NCBI GenBank assembly: GCA_004764695.1
Contig: SMSO01000035.1
Span: forward strand, 310,001 to 374,000
From: Schizochytrium sp. TIO01
Taxonomy: Eukaryota > Protista > Bigyra: Labyrinthulomycetes
Direction: 5' to 3'
Length of the DNA stretch: 64,000 nucleotides
Positions 11,132 through 25,028 of the stretch are shown here, piece after piece. Made by a program: the position numbers and the translations under genes. The notes beneath the pieces are model-generated. The model was not told where the DNA came from. It did not search any database and saw only the letters and a program-made list of their open reading frames with translations. The first letter of the stretch is position 1. Each line of letters opens with the position of its first letter.

Positions 11132-12383
11132 AAGCGGACTCCTTCAAACTAAAACCTTGAGGGGCTGCATACCTCCAATGTTATTCTCATTTCGGTTTTC
11201 TTTGGTGAAACTCAATAGCAAATAATCTCCTTTTTGAAGGAAGTAAGCTCTACCCCAAAACATTGCAGAGAAGGCCTTCACTTGTAAATCTTGGTTTGTT
11301 TCAAGAAAGGCTAAACACAAATTCTGAAATTCTACTAAGGTTTTGTTGCATCAAGAAAATCCTAGCAGTGAGTTTTTTTTTTTTAAGTCAGTGAATGAGG
11401 ACTAAATAGAAAAATGTATTTGGCCCAGTCGAGTGAGGCGTGAGAGTACTTTCTGGTATGGTCGGGGCATTGGAATTCGATGTTTCGTTTCACGTGAGAT
11501 TATCAAGAAATCAACTCCATGAAGCAATATTCATTTATGAAAGAATGCAGTTTCAGTATTTACGGTGATCTTCCTGAGCCATAGTATCACCAAATTTGTC
11601 CAAATAAAGGAGTGTTTGCCTCTTTTGATGGTAGGTTAGGAGGAAGAGATTTAAATAAGGAATCCTCGGTTCAATTCTGAATTTATCGTTGAAGAGAAGG
11701 AGAAAAAATCTTGTACTGTCATAGATAGTGCTGTGGCCACTTGCGTTTTCATTTCCTTTTTTTTGTTTGTCAAATCCATGCCCACGCCCCTGCATCTGCC
11801 TAGACACGCTCCCTCTATTTAAAAGTTGAATAAGGGAGCAAGTTGGTCAAAGGTTATGTTATCAACACCTTCTTTAATCTACTTTCGCATTATTCAGTAT
11901 TGTTCTCTGTTTAGCATCTATATCCCGCTTTTCTTCGCTCACAATGCAAAGTGAGGATGTCGCAAGATCAAACACCTATAACAGGAAAGGATTATAACGA
12001 CAAAGGAAAATGTTGGGCTTTGAGTCTAGTTTTTACTCATAAAAGACATTTTTCGTCATAATCAATTGCTCGAAGAAGACCCAGTTCTTTTGGTGTCTTA
12101 TTTATTGCTCAAGTTCCTTGTTTCTTGCTTTTTTTTTTTGCTTTTTTTTTTACACGAAAATCATCAGGTCTAGTACTAGTAGTAGATTGGACCTACTATG
12201 CTACAAGTCCTAGTACTAATAGTCAGCGCAAAGCTTCGGTCAGGTTAATTTATGAAGTATTCTCTAATTCCATAGTGTGTTGTACTTCACTTGCAGAATC
12301 TTCATAGAAACAGGTCGCGGAATAAAGCAACAATCAACGAACGCAGGAACTGCCCAGTAGAGTAGCCAGATCTGTTCAAGACT

Positions 12384-13607
12384 ATGGAAGACATCGGTCA
12401 CGTTCGTTTGGATAGTGGCTTGCCAGAAGGCGAGCTTGCTGAGCACGATGGTGGTCTGGTGATTGCACAGTTTACTGATCTTCACCATTTTCCGCTTGGT
12501 GTGAAACACTTCGAGGCGCGAGGGCGTACTATCGACTTTGATAAAGAGGGATATAGTAGTGAACAAAGCCTCGCTCTCATGAAGCATGTTTTGAAAGAAG
12601 CCACTCCTGACCTTTGCATTCTAACTGGCGACATCATTGATGGACGTCCCTGCCAAGGCATGGACCGCGGAGCCTTCAAGGATGTAATGATGGAAGTGCT
12701 GCAGCCGATCCTCGAAGCCAATATTCCGTGGACCTTCACTCCTGGCAACCAGTAAGTCAATGTTGAATGCGCCTAATTCTTTGGTATAAATGCTTGGTGG
12801 TCAGCTTTGGTAATCTAAGTTGCACGAATACTAAACTAATTTACTTGGATTTTTGATGATGTTAATTGCAGCGATGATGATCACTCACCCTGGTCCCGAG
12901 AGGATCTTTTGGAGATCTATAAGCTCCCCCTTTGCGTGTCTGCAAAGGCAACTTCGTTCAACCACACATTCACGATCGGCCGAAAGGATCAGCCAGATGC
13001 GACAAACTCCCTTCGGTTGTGGCTCTTCGACTCTGGTGCAAACAGTGACGACCCAAATATCATGTACACAACTTTCTCGAAAGAGACCGTTAATGGCTAC
13101 AAGCAACTCTCTCAGAGTGGCAAGCTTGCGCCATCCGCAGATGGTCTGGCCTTCTTCCATATTCCTTTGCCCGAGTACAACGGACTGACCCCTCTTGCAG
13201 GTAAGAATGGTCTTTTTGACGCTGCTCTCATGGGCGAGAAGGTCCCATTCCCCTTCAATCATGAACCTTTGACATCTTTAGTACGTCTTCTTGGAAAAGA
13301 CAAGGTTGTTGGCTCGTCGAAGCTCAACAGCGGTCTCTTTGATGCAATGAAGGAGCAAGGGAATATCCTAGCGACCTTTTGTGGTCATGACCACCATTCT
13401 GATTTTGTCGCACGTAGAGATAACATCTACCTTTGCTATGGGCGTTGTGGGTCGTACACCCCGCCTCATGATTGGGAGGGGGCAGGAGGTCCACTGCCAT
13501 TTGACAAAGGCGCCCGTTTAATTGAATTCAAGGGTCATGACAAGGTCTTCACTTGGAATTGCACCCTTTCCACACCTGTCGAAGATTTTATCAAGCTAAA
13601 ACACTGA
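12384..13607 (+). CDS. Calcineurin-like metallophosphoesterase, Dcr2/PAP28-29 type; 2 exons (12384-12751, 12872-13607), 367 aa
   Basis: Motifs FTDLH, TGDIIDG, GNHD, FFHIP, CGHDH, YGR. The GNHD motif is restored only by splicing the GTAAGT...TTGCAG intron at 12752-12871, which has a branch-like CTAAACTAAT. Confidence 0.9.
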
Positions 13608-14142
13608 GCTTCCCACTTTTAAAGAGCTTGTTAGGAAGTGCGCGAGAATCGTCAGAGTCGCAGTTACTTTACTAATACTTTCATAACTCTGTATAAATCC
13701 TCAAACCAAATAGATCTTAGATTTGATATCTTAAGAATCATGTCTCTCTGACTACGTCCTCAAATTTATGTTTTTTCTTTGGCAAATTACCACAGGCATC
13801 TAAAGCAATTGTCCTATCCTTTTTAAAAGTTTATTCCAGCAGCTTTATTTAGACAAAGGCTGGACCCAAGCTCAGATGGAATGAGATAAGATTGAAGGAC
13901 ACGAACCAGGTAGTAACAAAGTTCGGGAAAGTCCAAAAATGAGATTGTGGCGAGGAGTGATCAATTCAATCAATTTGCAAGAAGAGAGATAAGGAAAAAT
14001 CAGGAAGTGAAGAAACAAAAAATCGATTGTATTGTTCTTTTATTATTATTGAATACATGCATAGTGCTGTCTTGAAACTTGATCACTGCTCCTGGTCTTC
14101 TTTGTGTATGAGTAATATATAACCAATATTCACATGGAAACC

Positions 14143-14951
14143 TTATTGTGTCTTTTTCGTATCTTTGCTAGTCTCGTCTTGTTGTGCACCAGTCTTGTCC
14201 TGCACAGGTGCCTTACCAATTCGATCTCCGAAAAACAAGAAAATTATACCTATAGAGAAAAACATACCACCGACTCCGCACAGACACATGTAGACCGGAG
14301 GGAGCATCAGGACGTGTACAAATTTCTCATAAGGATCTTCAGGCCATTCACTGAGTAGCCTTTGCTTCGGCACTACGAAGCCCATGGACTCTATTTCCGG
14401 AGATTGGCGGTTTTCATGAATATAGTTTGCAAATTGCAGCAAATTTTCCAGAGTAAAGTGGTCAGTGTAGGGGTATACCATACCATGCTGTAAATAAGCG
14501 ACATATGGAATAACATCACTCTTACCGATACGACGCAGGCGAGTGAGAGATTGACTGCTTTCGGAGGAAAGCATAGCTGCTACATTTACTTCGCCTGCAA
14601 GCTCATCGGCTATGTGTTCAAACTTTTCGAGCAAGGTTCGTGATCTCTTCTTCGAGTCATGGAACAAGATAAACCTAACGTCATGCCATCAATTGAGCCA
14701 GACAGTCAAATAGTAAACAGTCAGTGACCTTGCTAACAAATTATTCTGATGCCGTTGGTGGCCAAAGCTACAACTTACCAATCTCCAGTAGTAGATCCAG
14801 TCGAAGCTTGCGTGAGATGCTCAAAGTTCGTGTCGTCGAGCTTGATGAGCTTGGAGGAGGAGGACTGCGCTACCTCGCCGCTGCCATTAACTGCAGATAC
14901 AGCAGTGAGCAGTGCAAATAAGATCACGAAAAGCGACTTCGACAGCCCCAT
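14143..14951 (-). CDS. Type I ER membrane thioredoxin-fold (TMX/PDI-like) protein lacking CxxC; 2 exons (14951-14779, 14674-14143), 234 aa
   Basis: Exon 1 translated by hand: MGLSKSLFVILFALLTAVSA (signal peptide)...[22 protein letters not shown]. Intron GTAAGT...CGTTAG at 14778-14675. Exon 2 continues [12 protein letters not shown]...IADELAGEVNVA. One C-terminal TM segment and a terminal KKTQ (KKxx ER-retrieval signal). Confidence 0.85.
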
Positions 14952-17900
14952 TATATCACGTGTGTAGCCTCTGCGTTAGTGAGAGGACCTCCTGTCGCGA
15001 AGCAGTGAATTAATGAACTGCTATCTCGTCAAATCGAGAAGCGATCCTGGCGGAGGTTTCCATTTGTCCTATTTGCTAGAAACTGTTTACTACAAATCAT
15101 ATATTGATAAATCATGAAAATCCATTTTATTAAAAAGAACTCAAAACCCTTCACTTCGTTTAATCGTGCCCTGTCTGCAGTAGCTCAAGCCTTGAACTAA
15201 AGATGCCATATTTTGTGAATATAAATGATATCTCACAAGACCCACGTTACGCCTGCGAATCAGGTTTATTACTGTTCGCACGCGACGGCTATTTTGTTGT
15301 GTCTACAAGCATCATCAACGATTTGGAGAGTTAGCGTGCACCCGACATGTAAGAGTTAATTACCAAAGGATAAGACAACATGAAAGTACACTCCCTAATT
15401 CTGAAGGTACCATCGCGGCATTCACGGCAGCTTTTGGAGGAAGACCCACTTGTAGTGCTAGGTTGTCTCTTGTAGACTAGATAACCACCTAGGTAGGTAT
15501 CCTTTGCAAAATTGTATACCTACTGTTCGCACCGTGGTCATGACAGGGTAGCACAATAATGTAGAAAAGCCTCAATAAGGGCAGCTCACCAATGTCACAA
15601 GCAGACAGTATATCTTTTTAAAGCAAATAAATTGAGAAAATCTACCTGAGGCAATATACATGGTCATTATTAGTTGGCCAAGCAGTACATGCGAGCAGAT
15701 GCCCTGTTTATTTTGCAGCGGGGCGAGTGTTCATTTTGCGTTGCTCAGCACACAATGTGTGCATCAGAATCACCCAAACTCCTTCAGAATGCAGACTAAA
15801 ATGTTACCTCAAAGGTTTGCACAGGCAGACAGAAAGAGTAATGTATCTCTAAGTTTGAATCTTTATTTTCTTCGAACTCTGAACTCTCACTATTGAGAGG
15901 CTACCTCTATCAGTCACTTTACTTTGATAGAAACCCAAGGCGAAGCATATTACGCCAAATACAGTATCCCTAGTAATATTATGGGTTCGTACCCTGATAC
16001 GGAAATTTCCCTCTCGACGAGTTGGAGATAGCATCGTATCAGCATAAAAAAGGAGCCTGCCAAAGTTGGTCTTTATTAAAGGCCCAGTTATACTGAAGGT
16101 TGTTAATATATAACGCACTATCGATTCAATTCGAAGCTTTCTTTCGTCAGATACTACCCTCTACGCTCATATTCGATTTTGGCAAAAACTCAAGGCGAAG
16201 CATATCACTCTTCAGTTAAAGGTTATAATAATGAATGTGCTGGCTTCGGGCATCAAGAAATAACTCGATCTTGAACTTATGTAAAGACATTCAACGCGTA
16301 CAAAAACTTTGTACTTAGTCCCCCATTCATTTAAAGAGTAAACCCACAAATTAAGCAACACTTGTTTAGTACTCTACGAAGAACTCGGATCAAAATTGTT
16401 TGGAATCAAAGTATGATGAAACCTAGGCCAGCTGTACAATATGGTTAAATTATGATATTCAACTTTGAATTCATAGCCACTAACTGAGAACATGAAGCAC
16501 TCGCAAAGATAGTATGAGAGGTCAAAACTGTGTCTGTTCGCGGAGACACGTAACTCATGAATTTCTGACCTGCGAACCTCAAGCCCGTGTTTGCGCCACT
16601 GCTATCGTGGATCATCATAGCTCTTTCTTTCTAAACTTTCCTTCCGACGCAGTGATATTACTTGATTTCAGGATTTCCCCATATACGGACAAGTATTCAT
16701 AATAGTGAGAGTGCCTGTGGCGTGATATAAAGCAAAACGTTTGGGAGATAGCAACATGGTATATCAAGGAAATCTCAGTACTCAATTCTCATTCTTACCT
16801 CGATGCTCTACGCTGGAAAGTGCACTCGAGTGCTACAAACAATATTTGGAGAAGGAAGGATAGAATCACTACAGAATTGGAACCAGCTTATTGATTGGCG
16901 CCTGTCTGTATCTATTGCTTCCTTATCTATTACTTCCTTCGTGACAGCTAAAGCTTTACAGCAAGCCAATTTCTTGTTTGTTTCCTATGAGCCAGGTTGG
17001 GCTTCGGTTGCCAAACATATATTCGCGGCGACCCTATATCAAGCTACAGACATAGCGAGCAAGGTCTATTTGTGAGTCTGTCCAAATAGTGAACATCGAA
17101 TTTCGCCGTTCTCAGGCCTTGTTGATAGAACTATGGAGCTGTTAATAGTAGTCGCATTTATCTAGAAATATTAGTTGTATCAGTTCGTCACGGACTCACG
17201 GTGTGTCGTAGTAGAGGATTTTACAAAGATTGTCTCACTACAAAATGCTGAGTTCAGCTTGTCTTCTATGAGGTTAGCCCGAAGGCCAATTTTGATGTGG
17301 CAGCACTTTTCCTGACCTGGACCAGAATGCAAAGAAATCGAATGGTGCTCTAGTCCAACGACGGACGCTCTAGATGTTGGTGTGCTCTTTTTTTGTTTCC
17401 TTTATTAAAGGTGCGAGGTAAGACGTTCATTCGCGATCCGGACGCTCAGGATTATCCTACTCGTTGCCTCGCTTGGGCCCGTTGCAGAGGTCTTTGTATG
17501 TTTGTGGGAGTTTATTTTCCTTTGAGAAATAGATGATGATCAAGAAGGCGTCCCTTGGGCTGAGCAACAATTAATCAGGGAAGCAATTAGAATCTTCTGT
17601 TAGACAAATTAATTCTTTTGAAAAAATAAGAACAAAAACCCCATACCAGGTATGTATGAAGGTACTACTATGCCTGGGTACGATTTTCTGAAGCTTGCTT
17701 CCTGTTCACTAGTAAGACTTGAAATTCAAGAGCGCCCAAGATGACGATTAGTGCCCTTTTCCTATCGAGTGTTTGTTGTCTTCATTTCTTAGAACTAAAA
17801 ATATATTTCGAGCCTTCACGTGATGATTTCTACGAGGAACTAGAGTTGGAAGTAAGAAAAGTTGCAGAGAAATTGCATGTGAGAACCGGCATTCTATTCG

Positions 17901-20900
17901 CTAGTCGTTAGCACTACATCTCGTACTGCACACTCGGGTTCCCTAGCATATGAGTCAATTAGGAGCGCCCTGGGGTTATCAAACTTCAAATGAACATCTC
18001 GAAAGCCCGACTTATTTCGCAGACTTCGCTTTTCTGAATGAAGAATACTGCAATCCACAACACTGAAAAGCAAAAGTGGCACATCAAGTTTTCCTCTTTT
18101 TGTTACAAAGGCTTCGCACTGGATGCAGCCCATGGTTATAGCAACCTTCCCTGATAGCAACACATAATGGAAGCCGCTCTGCGTCGTTTTCGACTTCTTC
18201 ATTTATAAAGTCTATAAACAAATGGCCATGGAGGCTGCTGGCATTTCTTTCCCTCGTTTATCTTACAATGCCTTTGTACCAGTCCTTTAAGGTTGCAGTG
18301 TTTGTTGGCGGTGAAAGTGGAACCGCTACGATGAAAAGCTAATTTTCACAGACAGTGAAACTTCAGGTTGTGTGCCTGCTCACAAGAAGTTTGCCTACTC
18401 CAAAACTAGAAACTTTCTTCAGCCCCACGATTGTCCCCTGCCAATCATGCTATCGTCAATAAGTGTTTTTTCGCAGTGAGTATTCTAGGTGCCGAACCCC
18501 TTTGTGTTGTTCGACGCGTGCAGATGTACTCATTGCCACCCTGGTCTCAGCATTTCCTTCGCTGCGGTATCTAAACAAGGTCATTTGTCAAAGTAGAATT
18601 CCTATACCTGAAGAGGTGGTAATGAGATGTGATGATGGTGAAGGCTGTAACACACTGATGACAAAAATCGTACAAAACATGGAGGTGATTTGCAATTTTG
18701 AAGGTTCTGAGTGCTCACTTTCCAAAATGCAGCACTTGCAGATTTTCTTCCTCCCTTTCTCCTTTTTTCCCCCTTTTTTTAAAAACTTAATTGTGATTTT
18801 AAAAAATCGTTGTAATTAAAAATATATTATCTTGAAATCATGTAGGTTTACTCATGTAAGTTTACTTTATTTTAAAGAAGAAAAGGAAAGAAGAAAAAGC
18901 CCCCGCCCCATTTTCGAGCAACAACAACCATGAGCCATAAGCAATGTACAGTTAAAGTATAAACACGTGCCGAGAGAAACTCTTGGGGTGATAACGAGAC
19001 TAACAACTACCGAGATGCTATCTTCTGCCAGACAATACAATTCTCAACTTTTCATCCATTTATTATCTCTTTTTCTTCTTCGTTCATTCCATAGTAGTTA
19101 ACATTATAAGGTACTATACTATTTTATTTTTCATCTTCAAAATAGCAAATGTGTAAGAAGACAAAGCTTTGTCACGGCAAGTTGAAAGTTCTTTTCTTGC
19201 TAGATCCCTACCTACCTTCCTTCTTCTTCCAGCTACTCTCAGCGCCGTCACGGCTTATATTCCGAGCCCCCCATTCGCTTTGCGGATTGCCGGATCATGG
19301 TCCACTCGAATCATCAACCATGCTGCACCTACGTTTCAATCGCGAGTATCGAGTATGGCAAGACTAGTTAAATAATTCGTCACGATCATGGCAAACTAAT
19401 TCCCTGTTTGCGCGAAACTTGTAGCTTCGCATACTTACTTTTGTTCTTAGAGTTCCAGTACCCAGGTATCCAGGTACTTACTTCAATCAAAACCACTCAT
19501 CCAAAAGCTTCACGCGCGCGTATCTTTGCTACGTACGTGCCTGAATTTCGAGTGCGGGCTCGCGCCCAGCGTTGATCTCGGAGTTCTTCGAGCACCACGA
19601 GATCTTAGCGCGCAGAGTCTCGGTGAATTCTAAAACACTGGCATTGTCAGAAGAGCACCAATGGAGATGTACTCTACATCTTGAACCCTAGTTCACTCGA
19701 ACTCAGGTACGAATTGAGACGCTAATGATGTGCACGTCGTTCCCAAAGGACACGACGGACGCGTGCGCGCAAGTTGAGGCTGCGAAGTGAATTCTATTCT
19801 TAGGAGCGGCCAAATGTAGCGACGGAGTTGTCTCTCTTGGAACAGGTCTTGAGCTTGAGCTCGTTGGTCCCAAGCTTTGGACGGCCCGGTCGGGCCAGAG
19901 ATCGCAACCCAAGGAACTTTTACAACTAGGTCCATGCGTGACATTCCTACAAAAGCTACAACATTTTATCTATTATGAGTAGGGTATAATACATTTCTGG
20001 CCTTAACTTGGGCTTTTTACAGAGGTCAGTACTTTCATAGCTATTTTTTTTTCTTTTCATAGCTTTTAAAAAAGAATCAAATTTGTTAAAAAGAATCGAA
20101 GCCTTTTATTGAATTATAAAATAAATCTACCAACACCTAGCTTCTGCTTTAGGTTTAAGTTCTATCGAGTGTCTGTAATCGAATTTGCTCTTCAGCGTCC
20201 ATCCAGGATCCATCGTATTAAGTCTAGTTTTGCTACAGTTGACACTGCAGAAGGCAGAAGAGCGCAACTTTTATTTCAAGAACTCGTGGCTGGCTCGCAG
20301 AGAAGTAAGTAAGTGCTAAGGTGGCCTAGTTACTGCAACGAGTAAAGCTCGCGTCTGCTAGAAAATAGTACCTACGAGGCATGCATATTTGACGTGCTAG
20401 CAAGGAGATGATAGAGCCCCGCGATGGCCGGCGTGCCTTGAGGAGAACGTGCACGGGTTCTCCTAATCAGCGATCTTAGGATGCGAGCACTCTGCGAGCG
20501 ACTCGCTAGATCTTAACTTTGTATGAAGGACAGTGTAAAAAAGGGGGCTTCTTTCATAATTTAGATTCAAGCTACTGTGGGTGTGCTCTATGAAAAAAAA
20601 AAATGAACGAAGGACAGCGAAAAGCAGCAATTTGACATTTTAAACTACCTACTCATGATATTCTTCATCGTGGACTATTAATCTACGGAGCTACGGCTAG
20701 TAAAATTGAGTTCGCTTAATGATGGGTCGCATACAATTTACATCTTTAAATCACAGGTGTCTCTATATGTAGAGTCAAAGTTGCTACTTGCTAATATTTT
20801 CTGAGTCAAATGTTTGACAATCTTTTTTTTAAAGTAACCTTTCCTTATTTTTATTTTTTATTTTTTTAATCTCAATGGATATAATTTTCTATTAGCTAGA

Positions 20901-23115
20901 TATGAAAGCAAAAGAATTATCTAGGTTTTCATTTCTACATATTCCTAACCGAGTCTAAGGATTGCAAGAGTACTCATAGTAAGAAGAATGAGGCGCCATC
21001 TTGTTTCTTATCGTCCCGCATTTGATTATGCTTTATTAACTAAAATGACTTTAAAAAAAAGACTTTTTGTTTTTGATGAATAACATGTAGCGATTGGAAG
21101 ATAGTGCGAGCTGGAGGTAAAGACACAACGACGAACCGGCGCCGCAGAAATTTCATGGGCGAGCATTCAATGAAAATTTGCTTAGGTATCAAATCAGGCA
21201 TCTATATTTGCTCTCATATTCTCTTCACTCCAAAGGTATAGTAGTGATGGTGAGGTGTGGCAAGCTGTAACATATCTTGACGGGATCAGCATAAACCGCT
21301 AGCTAAAAGAACGCGGCGTTGGATTCTAAAGCCGGTCTGTATTTAACTTTCTCACTCTAAATATATGCCTTTCAGATTACAGGACATTGCACTTTGCCAC
21401 ATGCGCAAGAGTTATTGAAGGTAGAGAGGTTGAATATATTTAGTACCCACTCCTCGTCACAGATTTGATGTGAAACAGGTTTGCTTAGGCGCGGTATTTC
21501 GATCAGAAAAATGATAGTTTCGTGTGGTGCATTGGTCACGCCACGCGACCTGAGAGAAAAACTGTCAACGAAGAACATGTCGCATTCTCTACTATTCACC
21601 AACTCTACTCCATGTTGCCCTTGAAGAAGAATTCAACATCAACACTTCTTGGGTTTGTTCAGTCTTGCTTCCCTTAGATTATGTTGAAATAAGTCGATTA
21701 AGGTGTTACACAGCCATATCAGATTTAAATCATATAAGAGTTTGGGCAGCTAAGCATGTTCGTGGCGGTCAATTGCACCAAAGATGCGAAGAGGGAACTC
21801 CGTCAGATTAATTCTCTTAAAATAAAATTATAAAAAAAAAAACATGCGAAGTAGATAATGTCTGTCGTTTTGACCTCGAGCGCGAGTTAATTGTTTAAGT
21901 GAAAAGGGCAGCGAAGTCCCCTACCATGAGCACTTAAGTGTTATTCTTATGATGCGTGCACAACTTAAATGAAAAAGAAAGCTATACACAATTAAACAAA
22001 GAGCTGTGCATTGACACGAGCCCCTTCTTGCCGACCTTCGGCTGCCACTTGCACAGACACACGCCACACACCTAAGCACAGTTTTCATTCAAGTTATCTC
22101 GCATCCAAAAACCAGATTCGCACTTTTGTGGCCAACTTGCCAAGCAAGTTATTCTTGAAATCACAATGCTATTGAAAACCAGGCTGGCGATAACCTCACG
22201 TCATACACTTTGTAATTTTATGCAGATCTCATTTACATCTAGAAATGGAGCTGCAATCAATAATGCTCTCTTCATTTGAGAATTCTCTTCAGTGGATGCA
22301 CAACAAAGCCAGAAAATGCCACGGTGTGTTAAGAAACCGCATTAGAATAATGCAGAAACTATCCACAATGTTTCTACTCATACCTTAGCTAGTCCTGCAA
22401 TACCAATTCGGTCAATGGATCCGCTCTCCAATGAATTGGATTTATCCAGCCTTCTAAATAAAAGCATAGTTTCGCAGTTCAGACTTTTTTCTCCTCTTTT
22501 TCTCCTTTTTATTGAAAATAATAATAATAACTCTAAAGGAGATGTATGGAGGTTTTAGGATTTACTCATTCAACATTGTTTTTTTGTTTTTTTTCTCACT
22601 TTGAAAAAAATAAAGGAAAAAAGTTGATCTCATCCATAAGAGTTCATATCGATCATTAATGTCCATGGTAGTTTCTTTCTTTTTGTCATTCTTTCTATCA
22701 CTATAAAGCATCTTTCAATTGAATTTTCGAAAACTTGGAGTCAAGAACCCAAAAGCTGGCTATTCCTGGAGTAGTGGTGGGAACTGCATTGCAATGCACG
22801 ATGCCGGATCCGCGCGAACATAAGAAACGATCCAACATGCTGATCCCCCCTTTTCTGTGTAAACGATCCCATTCAATCCATGTCAAATGAACCAGGCAAC
22901 CGCGGCTGCTTCCTCACGTCTTCCCTTCATACGTTTCTTCTTAATTGGTTCTTCCTTTTTCCTTTAAAACTTTTTATATAATGTAACTTGAAATTGTTTT
23001 TCTAGTTGAAAATAAAGTGTTTTTGGAATCGTATTAATATAAATATATCTAATGATGGGTTGTCGTTTGTCGTTTATCAGTCTCACGTTGTGTCTGTCTT
23101 TTCAAGTTCAAATTA

Positions 23116-23138
23116 TGTCTGTCTGTCTGTCTGTCTGT
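23116..23138. repeat. (TGTC)~6 microsatellite
   Basis: Direct reading. Confidence 0.85.
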
Positions 23139-24092
23139 AGTTTGCCTGTCTGTCTTCCAGTGCTAACATTTCGACTATGGCTATGTCCATCTTAGCACGT
23201 ACTACACGAAATAACTAGGTACGTGTGTCTTTCTTCATTAGTAAAGCACAGATAGTTCTGGCCCACAGTGCGGGTTCCCCCGAGGTGGGCGCGTTTGTTG
23301 TGGGCGACAGACGGCTCGACACTCGTGAGTGGATCGCGAGGAGTCCATCAGATTATACATTCCTTCATTAATGCACATGTTTCATGAATCTGATTCATTC
23401 TGATAGTCGATCAACTACTGGCTCATGTGTTATACGCTCAACAACTCACACATCAACTCTGAACTCCATTAATTCATCTTTTTGATGGTTTAGGCTTCAC
23501 TTTCCTCTTTTCGTATTTTCAAGTTTAACAGCTCAGTTCGCTTCGACTCGACTTTCCATGCTCATGTGTTCTTGTGCGCTATTCTGACCACTCCTTCACG
23601 TTGGAGATATCTTTCTTCTAATCAAATTTTCTCAGTGGAAGCTCCACACTGCCTGCGGCCACTTGAGTGAACCAGCCTGACAAACCTCTGAGCCCGCGAG
23701 GACGCTGTGCCCGCGCGTCTATTCTAAAGGTGGCTTTTCTGCTGCTTTGTCGACGGCGCGTGACTAAAATTAAAGCACAACCATTTCATTCGAAATTGTA
23801 CTCCTCTTCAATTTTGATAAAGTTTTCAGGCACGTGAAAATATATTTCTCCGGCGGATGAGCGATGAAAACACGATGAACTTAATGTATGCAACCAATCA
23901 AGCGACAAAATGGGGAGGGGCGTTGCGTCGCACAGAATAGCGAATAGCGCAAGGAAGGAACTGCTGCCATACCGTCGGCTAACCCAGGTTGCCTTGACCA
24001 GAGTCGGAGTCATGATGTCATGATGTAGTAGGACTCAGGTAGTTGGCTGACCCATTCCCAGATATGGAAAACAATTCAACCAACCATCCATC

Positions 24093-24128
24093 CATTCATT
24101 CATTCATTCATTCATTCATTCATTCATT
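24093..24128. repeat. (CATT)9 microsatellite, preceded by CAAC/CATC variant units
   Basis: Direct reading. Confidence 0.9.
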
Positions 24129-25028
24129 TAGTTGTAAAGAATTTCAAATATATTTTTTTACTGATTCTTTTTTTTAGCTCTTCCATAATCTCCCTGAGTC
24201 AAGCAAGGACCGCTCGCAGCACGTTTCGCTCCTCACGTGCGGCCCCAATTAGAGTGCCAATGCATCATGAGCCGCCCATCAGAACTCCAGTCGGTAAAAA
24301 GGAGTCCTAGAACCGTGAAAAACCAGCCGGCGGCTGAATATGAGCAAGGATCGACAGGGCTGAGATAATGGAGTGCAAGTGCGTCGGCTGCTTAAGCTAG
24401 TTGGCAAGTGAACGTATTGCAAAATAACATCAAAAAATTAACCTTCTGGTAGAAAAGAAAGGAAAACTTTTTTGTTCAAAATCATAAATGTTTGTCACAG
24501 AATTTTATTTTTGAAGTAGCACTTCTTTTTTTTTTTTTTAATTAAATTGAATAGCCATGTATAGCTACCAGTATTAGTATCTCATAATTAAACTTTGAAC
24601 TATAATTTGTTTCCTTTCACTAACCTTGAAAAGCTTTTTCCTTTCCAACTAAAATCTTTTTAAATAGTGTAATACTCAAAGGAGAAGCAGAAGAAAGTGG
24701 AGAAAAAAGCGAAAAAGAATTTAGAAGAGATCAGTTGGAAGAAAGAGTAAGTGAAAGAAACAATACAGAACTTTTAAAATAAAATAAAAAAGTACAGGAA
24801 AGAGCGAGAATCAGCTCGAACAGAGCAGCAAAGCAAGAACTGCGTGTTGGACTTGGGCATCTTTAGCGAAGAAGTCCTCGAGGAAAGCTTAGAGCTTTGA
24901 GGAATATAACAGCACCAACATTGAGATTTAGCCAAAAGCACGAGAAGACCTTCAGGAGAAACACAGTCTCATCCGTGGTCGAAGTTCTTTAGTGCACGTG
25001 TTTGTCTACTCACGTGCAGGTGGACAGG

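Noticed and set aside
17894-18202. 102-aa ORF containing an internal MGCIQ, the same five residues that start the microprotein
   Set aside because: Similarity stops after 5 residues, there is no Ser at position 6, and no codon bias; treated as coincidence.
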